From an uncultured Gemmatimonadales bacterium (GTDB lineage Bacteria > Gemmatimonadota > Gemmatimonadetes > Gemmatimonadales > GWC2-71-9): 64,000 nucleotides of DNA. The stretch is taken from contig CAWJIM010000018.1 of NCBI GenBank assembly GCA_963842945.1, forward strand, positions 84,550 to 148,549, written 5' to 3'. This document shows positions 1-10,618 of this stretch, one piece after another. How positions within the stretch are numbered: position 1 is the first letter of the stretch; the number at the start of each line of letters is the position of its first letter. The position numbers were made by a program, and so were the translations under genes. The notes beneath the pieces are model-generated. The model ran no database searches, was not told the origin of the DNA, and was given only the letters and a program-made list of their open reading frames with translations.

Positions 1-744
1 CACTTCGTGGCCCACCGCCGAGATGGTGGGCACGCGTACATCGGCCAGCGCGCGGCACACTGGTTCGCTGTTGAAGGCCGCGAGATCCTCCCTCGCACCG
101 CCGCCGCGCCCCAGGATGCAGAGATCAACCCGGCGCAAGCGATTCACCTGACGAAGGGCACGCACCAGCTCTTCGACCGCGCCTTCACCCTGGACTCTGG
201 CGCCGAGCACCAGCAGCCGGACACCGGGCCAGCGCTTGCGGGTGACGGTGACAATGTCGTGCACCGCCGCCCCATCGCGGCTGGTCACCAGGGCTATCAG
301 GGAGGGATAGGTCGGGAGCCTGCGCTTGCGAGCGGGGTCGAACAGTCCATCCTGGTGCAGGAGGGCTCTGACTCGCTCGAGCTCCTGCTGCTGCCGCCCG
401 AGAGCGGAGGTGGGCAGCATCCGGGAAACGACCAGCTGGAATTCGCCCTTCTCCTCGTACAGCGCGGGCTTGCCCAGCACATACACCTCGGTGCCGTCCG
501 CGGGAGGCTTTCCGGCCCGCATGGTATTCAGCCGAAACATGCAGCAGCGCACCTGGCTGCCCGCATCGCGCAGGGTGAAATACCAGTGTCCGCTGGAGTA
601 GGCCTTGCATTGCACCACTTCACCCCGAACCCAGAGCTGGATGCCGTGCTTCTCGATCAATCGCTTGACCGAAGCACTCAGCTGGGAGACGGACCAGACC
701 TGATCGGTTGCAGCGGGGGACCCCAGGCTCAACGGCAGAGTCAT
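1..744 (-). CDS. xseA: Exodeoxyribonuclease VII large subunit (partial, runs off window start)
   Basis: Manual minus-strand translation from ATG 744 gives VWSVSQLS...WVRGEV...SGHWYFTLRD...GLFDPARKRRLP...GRGGG.REDL..FN...PTISAVGHEV. It is missing from the ORF track because its stop lies outside the window. Confidence 0.93.
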   Translation of the reverse strand, partial: MTLPLSLGSPAATDQVWSVSQLSASVKRLIEKHGIQLWVRGEVVQCKAYSSGHWYFTLRDAGSQVRCCMFRLNTMRAGKPPADGTEVYVLGKPALYEEKGEFQLVVSRMLPTSALGRQQQELERVRALLHQDGLFDPARKRRLPTYPSLIALVTSRDGAAVHDIVTVTRKRWPGVRLLVLGARVQGEGAVEELVRALRQVNRLRRVDLCILGRGGGAREDLAAFNSEPVCRALADVRVPTISAVGHEV

Positions 745-753
745 ACGGGAAGA

Positions 754-1641
754 CTAATCCAGTGCCGCCTGCTGCATGGCTTGCAGCGTGTTCTGCAGCA
801 GCATGGCGATGGTCATGGGGCCGACGCCGCCGGGCACGGGAGTGATTGCGGAAGCGACCTGCGACACCGGGCCGTACGCCACATCTCCCACCAGCCGGTA
901 CCCTCGGGGCTTGGATGAGTCGTCCACCCGGTTGATGCCCACATCGATCACCACCGCGCCGGGCCGAACCATATCAGCGGTGACGAACTCAGCCTTTCCG
1001 ATGGCTGCGATCAGGATGTCGGCGGTCCGGGTGACCGCCGGAAGATCGCGGGTCTTCGAATGGCACACCGTCACCGTGGCATCGCCCCCGGGTCCCTGCT
1101 GGATCAGGAGGTTGGCCATCGGCCGGCCCACGATGTTCGAGCGTCCGACGATCACCGCATTGGCGCCCCGTGTCTCGATCCCGGAGCGGATCAGCATCTG
1201 CTGCACTCCGTATGGAGTCGCGGGACGGAATGCGGTCCGGTCGCCGACCACCAGCTTGCCTACGTTGACCGGGTGGAACCCGTCCACGTCTTTGGTCGGG
1301 TCGATCCGCCGGAGCACCCGCTCCGAGTTGATGTGCTTGGGAAGCGGTAGCTGGACCAGGATGCCATGGATCTGCTGGTCGGCATTGAGCCGGTCCACCG
1401 TCTCCAGCAGCTCCGCTTCGCTGGTGGTGGCGGGGAGCCGCAGGGTGATGGAATGCATGCCCGCTTCCTCGCAGGCTTTTCCCTTGGAGCGGACGTACAC
1501 CGCGCTGGCGGGATCTTCTCCTACCAGCACGGCGGCCAGGCCCGGCTTGCGCCCCTGGGCCGAGAGTTTGCCCACCTGAGCCGCCACTTCGGCGCGGATG
1601 GCCTGCGCGATGGCGGTTCCGTCGAGAACTCTGGCCGTCAT
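754..1641 (-). CDS. folD: Methylenetetrahydrofolate dehydrogenase/cyclohydrolase
   Basis: Motifs [33 protein letters not shown]. Start MTARVLDG at 1641. Confidence 0.97.
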   Translation of the reverse strand: MTARVLDGTAIAQAIRAEVAAQVGKLSAQGRKPGLAAVLVGEDPASAVYVRSKGKACEEAGMHSITLRLPATTSEAELLETVDRLNADQQIHGILVQLPLPKHINSERVLRRIDPTKDVDGFHPVNVGKLVVGDRTAFRPATPYGVQQMLIRSGIETRGANAVIVGRSNIVGRPMANLLIQQGPGGDATVTVCHSKTRDLPAVTRTADILIAAIGKAEFVTADMVRPGAVVIDVGINRVDDSSKPRGYRLVGDVAYGPVSQVASAITPVPGGVGPMTIAMLLQNTLQAMQQAALD

Positions 1642-3218
1642 CGGGCGAAATCGACCGCGCGGGTCTCGCGAATGACCACGACCTTGATCTGACCCGGATA
1701 CTGCAATTCGCTCTCGATCTTCCGGGCGATCGATTCCGACAGCGTGGCCGCGGCGCCATCGTCGATCCGGTCCGGTGTCACCACCACCCGGATCTCGCGG
1801 CCGGCCTGAATGACGTTGCTCTTTTCCACCCCGGCAAAGCCATTGGCGATTTCTTCCAGCCGGGTCAGACGCTTCACGTAGGTCTCGAACGCCTCGCGGC
1901 GTGCCCCGGGGCGGGAGCCGCTGATCGCGTCGGCCGCCTGCACCAGGACCGATTCGGCTGACTCGTGCGGCACGTCGTCGTGGTGCGCCTGAATGCAATT
2001 GATCACCGCCGCGCTCTCCCCATATTTGCGCGCCACCTCCACCCCCAGTTCCACGTGCGTGCCCTCGGTGTCATGGGTCAGCACCTTGCCGATGTCGTGC
2101 AGGAGACCGCCCCGCTTGGCCAGGCCTATGTCCAGGTGCAGCTCGGCCGCCATCATTCCGGCCAGCCAGGCTACCTCTTTCGAGTGATCGAGGATGTTCT
2201 GACCGTACGACGTGCGGTAGCGCATACGGCCGATCAGCTTGATCAGCTCGGCGTGAAGCCCGTGAACGCCGGTGTCGTATGCCGCCTGCTCACCCAGCTC
2301 CACCAGCTGCCCGTCCAGCTCGCGCTGGACCTTGAGTACGATCTCCTCGATGCGTCCCGGGTGAATCCTGCCATCGGTGATCAGCGCCTCGAGCGAGCGC
2401 CGGGCCACTTCCCGCCGGATGGGGTCGAAGCAGGAGATGATCACGGTGTCGGGTGTGTCATCGATGATCACATCAACGCCGGTGGCGGTTTCGAACGCTC
2501 GAATGTTGCGGCCTTCTCTCCCGATGATCCGGCCTTTCATCTCATCACTGGGGAGCGCCACGGCGGCAACCGTGCTTTCAGCGGTGTGCTCGGCGCCGAG
2601 TCGCTGGATGGCGATGGAGATGATTCGGCGGGCATCCCGGTCGGCGGTCCGGCGAGCCTGCTCCTTGATCTCCCGGACGAGCGCGGCCGCCTGGCCCCGC
2701 GCTTCATCTTCTAAGCGTTGAAGAATTTCCCTCTTAGCCTCCTCCGCGGTGAGTCCGGCGATACGTTCGAGCTTGGCGCGCTGCTCCTGGGCCAGCCGGT
2801 CCGCCTCGCCCTCGCGGTTGCGGAGCGCCTGCTCCCGCTGGGTGAGGGCTTCCTCCCGGTGTCCGGCGTTGCGCTCGCGGGCTTCGATTTCCTCCAGCTT
2901 GCGTTCCTGAACCCGGGAGCGCTCCTCGACCCGCCGTTCCAGCCTTTCCCATTCCTCCCGGCGGCGTAGGATCTCACGGTCGAGATCCTCCCGCAGCTTG
3001 AGGGTTTCCATCTTGGCGCTGAGGAGCAGGTCGGACTTGGTGGATTCGGCGTCTCGCTGGCCTTCGGTGCGCAACCGGTCGGCTTCGGCCCGGGCGAGCG
3101 CCAGAATGCTGCTGCTGCTGCGCCGCTGACTGCGGGTGTAGAGCAGAATGAACACCAGGGCAGCGGCCAATCCGGCCGCCACCCCCGCGAGCAGTGGCAG
3201 GAGCAGCGATTGGAGCAT
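1638..3218 (-). CDS. rny: Ribonuclease Y
   Basis: N-terminal TM helix, coiled coil, KH domain ([13 protein letters not shown]) and HD domain (LLHDIGK). Confidence 0.97.
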   Translation of the reverse strand: MLQSLLLPLLAGVAAGLAAALVFILLYTRSQRRSSSSILALARAEADRLRTEGQRDAESTKSDLLLSAKMETLKLREDLDREILRRREEWERLERRVEERSRVQERKLEEIEARERNAGHREEALTQREQALRNREGEADRLAQEQRAKLERIAGLTAEEAKREILQRLEDEARGQAAALVREIKEQARRTADRDARRIISIAIQRLGAEHTAESTVAAVALPSDEMKGRIIGREGRNIRAFETATGVDVIIDDTPDTVIISCFDPIRREVARRSLEALITDGRIHPGRIEEIVLKVQRELDGQLVELGEQAAYDTGVHGLHAELIKLIGRMRYRTSYGQNILDHSKEVAWLAGMMAAELHLDIGLAKRGGLLHDIGKVLTHDTEGTHVELGVEVARKYGESAAVINCIQAHHDDVPHESAESVLVQAADAISGSRPGARREAFETYVKRLTRLEEIANGFAGVEKSNVIQAGREIRVVVTPDRIDDGAAATLSESIARKIESELQYPGQIKVVVIRETRAVDFAR

Positions 3219-3227
3219 CGATTGGCC

Positions 3228-3536
3228 TCAGGATGCCGCGCGATTACCGCGTTTGGCCGGCGGCAGCAGTCGAGCCAGATCGTCGGCCATGGCCGAGATC
3301 CGGTCGGCTATTTCGCGGTCGCCCCGTCGCGCCTGAAACAGCTCGTCGGTGATGGCGAGTCCGGCGAGAATGGCTGCCTTGTGAGACTCCACCATGGGAA
3401 GACTGTCGCGAACGCGTTTCAGGGCTGCGTCGAGATAGGCGGCCACTTCACGGGTGTAGTCGGGAGGCACTTCGGATCGGACGGTATACTCCTCGCCTCC
3501 GATGAAGACTCGGACTGCGTTCTTAGTCGTGCTCAC
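3228..3536 (-). CDS. zapA: Cell division protein ZapA
   Basis: VRVFIGGEEYTVR...VAAYLD...AAILAGLAITDELF; pheT-zapA-rny context; GTG start inferred. Confidence 0.88.
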   Translation of the reverse strand: MSTTKNAVRVFIGGEEYTVRSEVPPDYTREVAAYLDAALKRVRDSLPMVESHKAAILAGLAITDELFQARRGDREIADRISAMADDLARLLPPAKRGNRAAS

Positions 3537-3844
3537 GCGGCTGTGCCTCCGCCATGCTGTTCGAGAAACGAGACCCGGCCGGTCAACGCCTGAAGCCGGT
3601 CCTTGGCGGCATCGATCCGGAGTCTGAGCGCCTGATTCTCCGTCTCCAGTTCGATGACCCGCTGGCGTGCCTGGGTGAGCTCGGGCCCGGCAAGCACGCC
3701 GCCGTTCGCGCGGGCCTGCTGCATTTCGCCTTCCGCCTTCAGTGTTCGCCTGCGCCAGCCGGCCAACTCCTCGGCCAGGTTCCGGACCACCTGTTCGAGG
3801 TCGCTCAACGCATTCTGGTCCGGGCGTTCGTAATAGTAAGACAC
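3533..3844 (-). CDS. Small coiled-coil protein (ZapB-like position)
   Basis: 103 aa, heptad-rich, between pheT and zapA; stop overlaps the zapA start. Confidence 0.65.
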   Translation of the reverse strand: MSYYYERPDQNALSDLEQVVRNLAEELAGWRRRTLKAEGEMQQARANGGVLAGPELTQARQRVIELETENQALRLRIDAAKDRLQALTGRVSFLEQHGGGTAA

Positions 3845-3846
3845 GC

Positions 3847-6242
3847 TCAGTCTCCGCTGCCTGCCGCACCAGCATCGCGGCGCTGGATGCCGAGCTCCCC
3901 GGCCAGGCCGGCGAGCATACGCTTTTCGACTGCATCAACCTCTGCGTCACGCAGGGTCCTGTCCGGCGCCCGGAAGGTCAGCCGAAACGCGACGCTGCGA
4001 GTGCCGGCCGGGAGCTCGGGACCACGATAGTCGCTCTGGACAGTAACAGACTCGAGCAACCCACTGCCCTCGCGCCGAAGGAGCTCCTGCACCTGCTGTG
4101 CGGTGATGGACTCTGGCAGAAGCAGGGCCAGCACCCGCTCTGACGACGGAGTCACGGGCAGGGCAGTAAATCGGATGGGCGATCGCGGAGTCGGATCGAG
4201 CAGCAGCTCGAACCCAAAGAGCGGGTCGGCCCAGGGCGGCGCGTCGGCCTCCAGAAGCCCAGCCTGTCCTACGATATGCCCCCGAGAATCCCGTGCGATC
4301 CAGCCGGACCCTTCAACCTGCACCGCGCCTCCGGGAACCGCCAGACCGACCGCGAACTCGAATTGTCCCTTGAGATCCCACAGATCGATCCGTTCCTCCC
4401 CCGAGCCGGACCAGTGTGCCGGCGCCCGCCGGCCGGTCAGCACTCCCGCCACGTGTCGTTCCTCTCGGGGCCGCTCCCCTGCCGGTCCGGCTCGAAACAC
4501 GTTGCCGATCTCGAAGAGACGCACGTCGGGCACGTGCTTAGCCCAGTTGCCTTCCACCAGCCGCACCAGCCCGGGAAGAAGGCGCCGCCGCAGGTAGCCC
4601 TCTGTGCTCGAGAGCGGATTGGCCAGGCGCACGCTCTCTGGCCCGTCCGCCGGCGCCGTCGGCAGGGGCAGCACCTCCAATAGCCCTTGCCGGGTGAGGC
4701 CGGCGCGCACTGTCGGACGCGACCTGCTCAATGGCGGCGTCGGCCAGATGGCTGGGACGAAATGCGCGAAGGTCGGACGGAAAGTTCTGATACCCGTGGA
4801 GCCGAGCTACCTCTTCGATCAGATCGATCTCACGGCTCAGGTCCGGACGCCAGCTCGGCGCTTCGACCGCGATCCTGTCGTCTTCCGGCTTGGGCACCAG
4901 AGTGGCGCCGATGGCGACCAGATAGCTCTCCACCGCGTGCCAGGGCAGGTCTACCCCGAGCAGGTGAGACACGCGAGAAGGACGGAGGAAGATGCGGGAT
5001 GGGTTGCCGGGGCCCGGGCCGAGATCGAGCGGCGCCTCGGCCAGCTTGCCGCCTGCGGTTGCCGCAATGATCTCCACACAGCGGCGAAGCGCTTCGGCCC
5101 CACCCCAGCGGTCGATGCCGCGCTCGAACCGGTAACTGGCCTCGGTGGACAGGCCAAGGGCGCGCCGAGTCCGCCGAATTCCGGCGGGGGTGAAGTAGGC
5201 GCACTCGAGGAATACGTCCTCGGTCTCAGCGCTCACCTCCGTGTTGGCGCCACCCATCACGCCGGCGACGCCGATCGGTCCAGCCTCATCGGCGATAATC
5301 GTCATGCTCGAGTCGAGCGTCCGGGAGACGCCGTCCAGCGTGGTGAGCGTCTCACCGGACTGGGCTCGACGGGCGATCACGGCCGGCCCGCGAAGCTTCC
5401 TCACGTCGTAGGCATGCATCGGCTGATTCAGCTCGAGCAGGACGTAGTTGGTTGCGTCGACCACATTGTTGATGGCGCGAACGCCAACCGCCTCGAGTCG
5501 CCGGGCCAGCCAGTGGGGCGACGGCGCGATCCTGACTCCGCGGATGACCGCACCCAGCAGCCTGGGACACCCCTCGATGTCCTCGGTGCCGGCCTGCACT
5601 CCGCCGACCACACCCCTGTTCCCCACCCGCCGGACCTGAGGAACATCGATGGCGGGCTGGGTTGGCAAGGCAGGGAGACGGAACGGGCATCCCGAACGAC
5701 GCGGCCAGCTCACGCGCGATTCCCTTGTGCCCCAGGAGGTCGGGCCGGTTGGGACCGATGTCGAGCACCAATCGGTGATCCGCCAGCGGCACGGCCTCGA
5801 GCAGCGGGGTTCCGGGAGCGGCGTCGGTCTGCAGCTCCCAGAGACCGTCGCCATCCTGTCCCAGTCCGAGCTCCCGGGCGGAGCACAGCATTCCCTGCGA
5901 GGTCTGCCCTCTCAGCTTTCGCTCCTCGATCCGAAGCCCGCCGGGGAGCGTCGCCCCGACGGGGGCAAACGGGTACTTCCGTCCCGCCGTGACGTTGGGC
6001 GCGCCGCAGACCACGTGCAGCCGCTCGGCGTTACCCCCGTTCACCACGCAGACGCGCAGCCGGTCTGCATTCGGGTGAGGCTGCACCTCCTCCACCTCGG
6101 CCACGAGCACATCGCTCAGGTCGCCGTGCAGCGGCTCCGCCGCATCGACCGGCGCGCCCAGCATGGTGAGCCGCTCGGTGAGGTCGCGCACCTCCAACGG
6201 TCGGCGGAGGAAATCCTCCAGCCAGCGACGGGAGACGTTCAT
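3847..6242 (-). CDS. pheT: Phenylalanine-tRNA ligase beta subunit (two apparent frameshifts, ~5695 and ~4710)
   Basis: Three consecutive ORF pieces carry VVCGAPN and [16 protein letters not shown] and [14 protein letters not shown] and the FDX-ACB domain. Confidence 0.95.
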
Positions 6243-7337
6243 CCGCTACTGTGCTCCCCTGCCCCGTTGCCCGCTCCCCCCGCCACGAACTGCCCGAGGA
6301 ACCGCATGTCCCCGTCGTACAACAGGCGAATGTCTGGTATGCCGTAGCGGAGCATGGCGATCCGGTGCGGACCCATGCCAAAGGCCCAGCCGGTGTAGCG
6401 CTCGGAATCGACACCCGTATGCTCGAACACCACGGGATGAACCATTCCGCAGCCCAGGATCTCCATCCATCCGGTGCCCTTGCACGCCGGGCAGCCGCTC
6501 CCATGGCAGAGCTGACACTCCACGTCCATCTCGGCGGAGGGCTCGGTGAAAGGGAAGAAGGATGGCCGGAACCGCACCTTGGTAGTTGGGGTGAAGAACC
6601 GGTGGGCGAAGTGCACCAGCGTGGCCTTGAGATCGACGAAGGAGATTCCCTCGTCCACGGCCAGGCCTTCAATCTGAGAGAAGGCCGGCGCATGCGATGG
6701 GTCGAAGGGATCATTCCGGTAGACCAGGCCCGGGATCACGACTCTGACCGGTGGCGGCGATTCGAGCAAGGTTCGGATCTGCACCGGCGAGGTGTGGGTG
6801 CGGAGCAGGAGCCGCCCGCCTTGCTCCCCCGGGATCGGAGGGGCATCGACGTACAACGTGTCGTGCATGTCCATCGCGGGGTGATCCGGGGGAAAGTTCA
6901 GCGCGATGAAGTTGTACCAGTCGGTTTCCACTTCGGGGCCGACCGCAACGGTAAAGCCGATCCCACGGAAGATCTGTACGATTTCGTCGATCACTCGGGT
7001 GACGGGATGCTCCGCGCCCACCCACCGGTGCCGGGCCGGCATGGTCAGATCCAGGCCGGCTTGCTCCTGCTGCCGATGTTCCGCCTCGAGCGCTTCGCTC
7101 CTCCGAGCAAAGGCTTCCTCGAACTGCGCCTTCAGCCGATTGACGGCGGCGCCGTACGACTTGCGCTCTTCAGCCGGCTTGGAGGGCACCGACCGAAGCG
7201 CCGCCGTGAGCTCGCCGTGCTTCCGCCCCAGCACGGCCACGATCTCCGCCGCCAAGCGCGTCGGGAGCGAGGCCGGGCACGGCCGCGAGCCGGGGCAGCA
7301 AGCCATCGAGTTCGGGATAACCGGTCGGATCAGACAT
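6239..7337 (-). CDS. pheS: Phenylalanine-tRNA ligase alpha subunit (apparent frameshift ~7255)
   Basis: HPAMDMHDT, LLRTHTSPVQ, RFRPSFFPFTEPS, GWAFGMG. The likely N-terminus MSDPTG is in another frame. Confidence 0.95.
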
Positions 7338-7424
7338 CGGGATCACGGGTCGATACGTCAATTACGTACATGGGGCCGCCCGCCCATCGCGAACGGCCCC
7401 ACAGGGCACCAGGGGCACGTGCGG

Positions 7425-7784
7425 CTACTGGCGATCGGCGCCCTTCGCCATCTCGGCGATGCGGGCAAAGGCCTCCAGATCGTGGACTGCGAGATCGGCG
7501 AGGACCTTGCGGTTGATGTCCACGCCGGCCTTCCGCAGCCCCGCCATAAATCGGCTGTAGCTCATTCCCTGACCCCTGGCCGCCGCATTGATGCGGGTGA
7601 TCCAGAGGGCGCGGAACTCGCCCTTCTTTTTCCGCCGGTCCCGATAAGCGTACCGCATGGCGCGCTCGGCGGTTTCCTTGGCGGATTTGTAGAGCTTGCT
7701 CCGGCCGCCGCGAGCGCCTTTGGCGGCCTCCATGATCTTCTTTTTTCTGGCGTGATGGGCCACGCCGTTCTTGACCCGGGGCAT
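7425..7784 (-). CDS. rplT: 50S ribosomal protein L20
   Basis: MPRVK...YAYRDRR...[12 protein letters not shown]. Confidence 0.98.
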   Translation of the reverse strand: MPRVKNGVAHHARKKKIMEAAKGARGGRSKLYKSAKETAERAMRYAYRDRRKKKGEFRALWITRINAAARGQGMSYSRFMAGLRKAGVDINRKVLADLAVHDLEAFARIAEMAKGADRQ

Positions 7785-7796
7785 CGGAGTGTGTCC

Positions 7797-7991
7797 TTAG
7801 GCCTGAAGGAGACGGCTGACGCGCGGGAAATCGGCGCTACTGACGAGGTCGCCCTTCTTCAGCCGGTTTTTCCGCTTGCGCGTCTTCTTGGTCAGGATGT
7901 GACTGTGGTTCGCGTGCCAGCGCTTGAGCTTGCCACTCCCGGTGGTCTTGAAGCGCTTCATTGCGGCTCGCTTGGTCTTCTGCTTTGGCAT
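7797..7991 (-). CDS. rpmI: 50S ribosomal protein L35
   Basis: [21 protein letters not shown]...HILTKK. Confidence 0.97.
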   Translation of the reverse strand: MPKQKTKRAAMKRFKTTGSGKLKRWHANHSHILTKKTRKRKNRLKKGDLVSSADFPRVSRLLQA

Positions 7992-8105
7992 TTTATTCCT
8001 CGTCACTGGGCAGATCCGGGTCACCCCATACCGCCGCTGTATCTACCGCCTTACCGCACCAGCTCATCGAGGGCCGGGCTCTATCCCAGCCCATGAGGGC
8101 TGGGC

Positions 8106-8627
8106 TCACTTCGGCGCCAGCACCATCGTCATGTTGCGGCCTTCGAGCTTGGCGTCGGACTCGATCTTTCCCACGTCGGCCAGGCTCGCAGCCACCCGAT
8201 CGAGCACCGCCTTCCCCAGTTCCAGATGCGCCATCTGCCGCCCCCGGAACATCATCGTCACCTTGACCTTGTTTCCATCGCCCAGGAACTCGCGCGCATG
8301 ACGGGTCTTGAAGTCGAAATCATGATCGTCGATGCCTGGCCGGTACTTCACTTCCTTGAGCTGAATGACGTGCTGCTTCTTCTTTGCTGCCCGCGCCGCC
8401 TTGGCCTCCTCGAACTTGAACTTCCCGTAGTCCATGATCTTGACCACCGGGGGGCGGGCGGTGGGCGCCACCTCCACAAGATCCAGTCCGCGTTCCATTG
8501 CCGCCGCCAAGGCCTCTTCGATCGGCAGCACGCCGAGTTGTTCGCCAGCAGCGGTGATCACCCGCACCGGGCTGATCCGGATCATCCGGTTGACGCGGAT
8601 TCGCTTTTCACGATCGTTTGTGGCCAG
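8106..8627 (-). CDS. infC: Translation initiation factor IF-3 (probable CTG start)
   Basis: RVNRMIR, LDLVEVAP, MDYGKFKF, KVKVTMMFRGR. GGAGG lies 6 nt before an in-frame CTG at 8627. Confidence 0.96.
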   Translation of the reverse strand: MATNDREKRIRVNRMIRISPVRVITAAGEQLGVLPIEEALAAAMERGLDLVEVAPTARPPVVKIMDYGKFKFEEAKAARAAKKKQHVIQLKEVKYRPGIDDHDFDFKTRHAREFLGDGNKVKVTMMFRGRQMAHLELGKAVLDRVAASLADVGKIESDAKLEGRNMTMVLAPK

Positions 8628-8640
8628 TGCATGCCTCCAG

Positions 8641-8795
8641 GCAATAAAAGAAAAAGAGCACCCGGCAATGACCGGGTGCCCACGACCGAAGCACGGTGGC
8701 AGTGCCACCTGAACGCCTCGAAGCCAGGACCCGGCTGCGCTGCGGCATCGGGCCGGCAGGCTCAGGGTGGAGGAGCCTGAGCTCCTCACTTACAG
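8641..8795 (-). ncRNA. L20-leader-like cis-regulatory RNA
   Basis: AAGTGAGGAGC-TCAG-GCTCCTC hairpin, CCACCCTGA...TCAGGTGG stem and a terminator upstream of infC-rpmI-rplT. Confidence 0.6.
8646..8682 (-). terminator. Intrinsic terminator in the infC leader
   Basis: GGGCACCCGG-TCATTG-CCGGGTGCTC followed by TTTTTCTTTT. Confidence 0.75.
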
Positions 8796-8801
8796 GCCGG
8801 G

Positions 8802-8830
8802 AACCTAGCGGGCAAGCGGAGGAGTGTCAA
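8802..8830 (-). promoter_or_regulatory. Sigma70-type promoter of the infC operon
   Basis: TTGACA-17 nt-TAGGTT. Confidence 0.75.
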
Positions 8831-9746
8831 CCGAAAGCTGGGGCACAGGTTCGGGCGCGGCAGTGATCTCCCGCAGCTCGATTCCCTTCCCCTCGCGCAC
8901 TGGCCGGGCCATGGCCACCCGGGGATCGTGCTCGAAGATCATCCGCCAACCGCCTGCCACCGCGTCGGCCAGAAAAGCGCGCTTGCTTTCCAGCGTGCGA
9001 AGCGGCTCGAGGTCGTATCCCATGATCCAGGGAAGCGGCAGATGGGCCGTGGTAGGGAATAAATCGCCGACGAAGACTCCCGTCTCGCCGCCGCTCTCGA
9101 TCAACAGCACCTGGTGATAGGGCACGTGCCCGGGAGTCACTCGGGCTCGGATCCCGGGAAGAATTTCGCCGTCACCGTCCAGCAGCCGCCAGCGATCGGC
9201 TGCCGCGACTGGGTCGAAGTTATGGGGCAGGTAGCTGGCCCGGGTACGCTCGTTGGTATGCCGGGCAAACTCGAGCTCGCCCCGCTGCACGACATAGGTC
9301 GCGTTGGGGAACGTCATCCGGATGTGACGACGGGGATCGTTCTCCAGATCGGGATCCATGGTGGTGTTGCCCCCCGCGTGGTCGAAGTGCAGATGGGTGT
9401 TGATCACCCACTTCACCTCCCGGGGAAGGAAGCCGGCAGAGGCCAGCGCATCCTCCAGCTGGGTGGCGCCCTCCAGTCCCTGATTCTCCACGCCGTAGAT
9501 GTCCAGGAACCTGGCGTCCTCCTTGTTACCCAGGGCGGTGTCGATCAGAACCAGACCATCGGGATGCTCCACCAGCACACAGCGCATGGCCAGGGGAATG
9601 CGGTTGCGGTCATCGGGCTCGATCCGGGTCTTCCAGAGAGTGCGCGGCACGACGCCGAACATTGCTCCACCATCCAGCCGCTGCCGGCCGCCTTCGAGCG
9701 TATGACAGCGGAGCCGTCCTATGGTGAACGACCTCTGCAGAGTCAA
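8805..9746 (-). CDS. MBL-fold metallo-hydrolase (YtnP-like)
   Basis: LDGGAMFGVVP, THLHFDHAGG, TPGH, HD. TTG start after AGGAGG. Confidence 0.9.
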   Translation of the reverse strand: MTLQRSFTIGRLRCHTLEGGRQRLDGGAMFGVVPRTLWKTRIEPDDRNRIPLAMRCVLVEHPDGLVLIDTALGNKEDARFLDIYGVENQGLEGATQLEDALASAGFLPREVKWVINTHLHFDHAGGNTTMDPDLENDPRRHIRMTFPNATYVVQRGELEFARHTNERTRASYLPHNFDPVAAADRWRLLDGDGEILPGIRARVTPGHVPYHQVLLIESGGETGVFVGDLFPTTAHLPLPWIMGYDLEPLRTLESKRAFLADAVAGGWRMIFEHDPRVAMARPVREGKGIELREITAAPEPVPQLSVDTPPLAR

Positions 9747-10618
9747 TGCAGCTCCTCCTGGCAGGAATCCTCGCGGGGAGGCGTAGGCATGGCGCTCCGG
9801 CGACGGCGGCGGCGGCGCGAGCGGCGGGACTCGATCGAGGCGAGGTCGTGCAGCGTGCGCGCACCCTCTTCCCGGGCGAGCATCAGCAATCGCGCCAACA
9901 GCTCGGCGGTAACCAGGGCGTCGCCCGCGGCCCGATGCCGGGCGTTGTTGCGGAAGCCGAAGAATCGGCAAAGGTTGTCCAGCCCGCAGGAACGCACCCC
10001 CTTTACCAGGCGGCGCGCGAGCCGGACGGTACAGAGTCGGGTTCCTCCCAGGGTGAGATCCTGGGACCGCCGCAGCTCTGCGCTGACGAAGTTCCAGTCG
10101 AAGCGGGCATTGTGGGCGACGAAGATCCTCCCCGACAGCACCGCCAGAATTCGCTCAGCCAGCTCGGCAAAGCGAGGCGCGTGACGCACCATCTCGTCGG
10201 TGATGTTGGTGATGGCGCAGACGGCACGGGGTATCGGGCGCTCCGGGTTGACCAGCGACTCGAACACGATCTCCCGCCGGCTCCCATGGACTACCGCCAC
10301 CGCGATCTCGGTGATCCGGTCGCCGAACCCCGCTCGCGCGCCGGTCGTCTCCACGTCCACTACCGCAAAGGCGCAATCATCCAGGAGCGGAGATCCATGG
10401 GCCTCGGGCACCAGGGACCAGCGCCCGTCCTCCAGCAGCCGCACCCTCGGGTCCGCGCCCAGCAGGGCGAAGGCAAGCCGGTCACAGATGGCCCCCGGGG
10501 CGTTGAACAGTCCGAGGATGTCGCGGCAGAGCGCAGCGGGAGCGCGCGGCCCGCCATGCAGCTGGAGCAAGACCCGCTCGAGCAGTGTGCTGTCCGGATA
10601 GGCGGAGGTGCCGATCAC
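9743..10618 (-). CDS. DEDDh 3'-5' exonuclease (DNA Pol III epsilon-like)
   Basis: VVDVETTG, VAHNARFD, HRAAGDA. GTG start overlaps the upstream stop. Confidence 0.9.
   Translation of the reverse strand: MIGTSAYPDSTLLERVLLQLHGGPRAPAALCRDILGLFNAPGAICDRLAFALLGADPRVRLLEDGRWSLVPEAHGSPLLDDCAFAVVDVETTGARAGFGDRITEIAVAVVHGSRREIVFESLVNPERPIPRAVCAITNITDEMVRHAPRFAELAERILAVLSGRIFVAHNARFDWNFVSAELRRSQDLTLGGTRLCTVRLARRLVKGVRSCGLDNLCRFFGFRNNARHRAAGDALVTAELLARLLMLAREEGARTLHDLASIESRRSRRRRRRRSAMPTPPREDSCQEELH

Noticed and set aside
7..918. 303-aa plus-strand ORF and other long plus-strand ORFs across 1-35 kb
   Set aside because: Antisense shadows of recognisable minus-strand genes in high-GC DNA.
3219..3227. 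6S RNA between zapA and rny
   Set aside because: The gap is only 9 bp.
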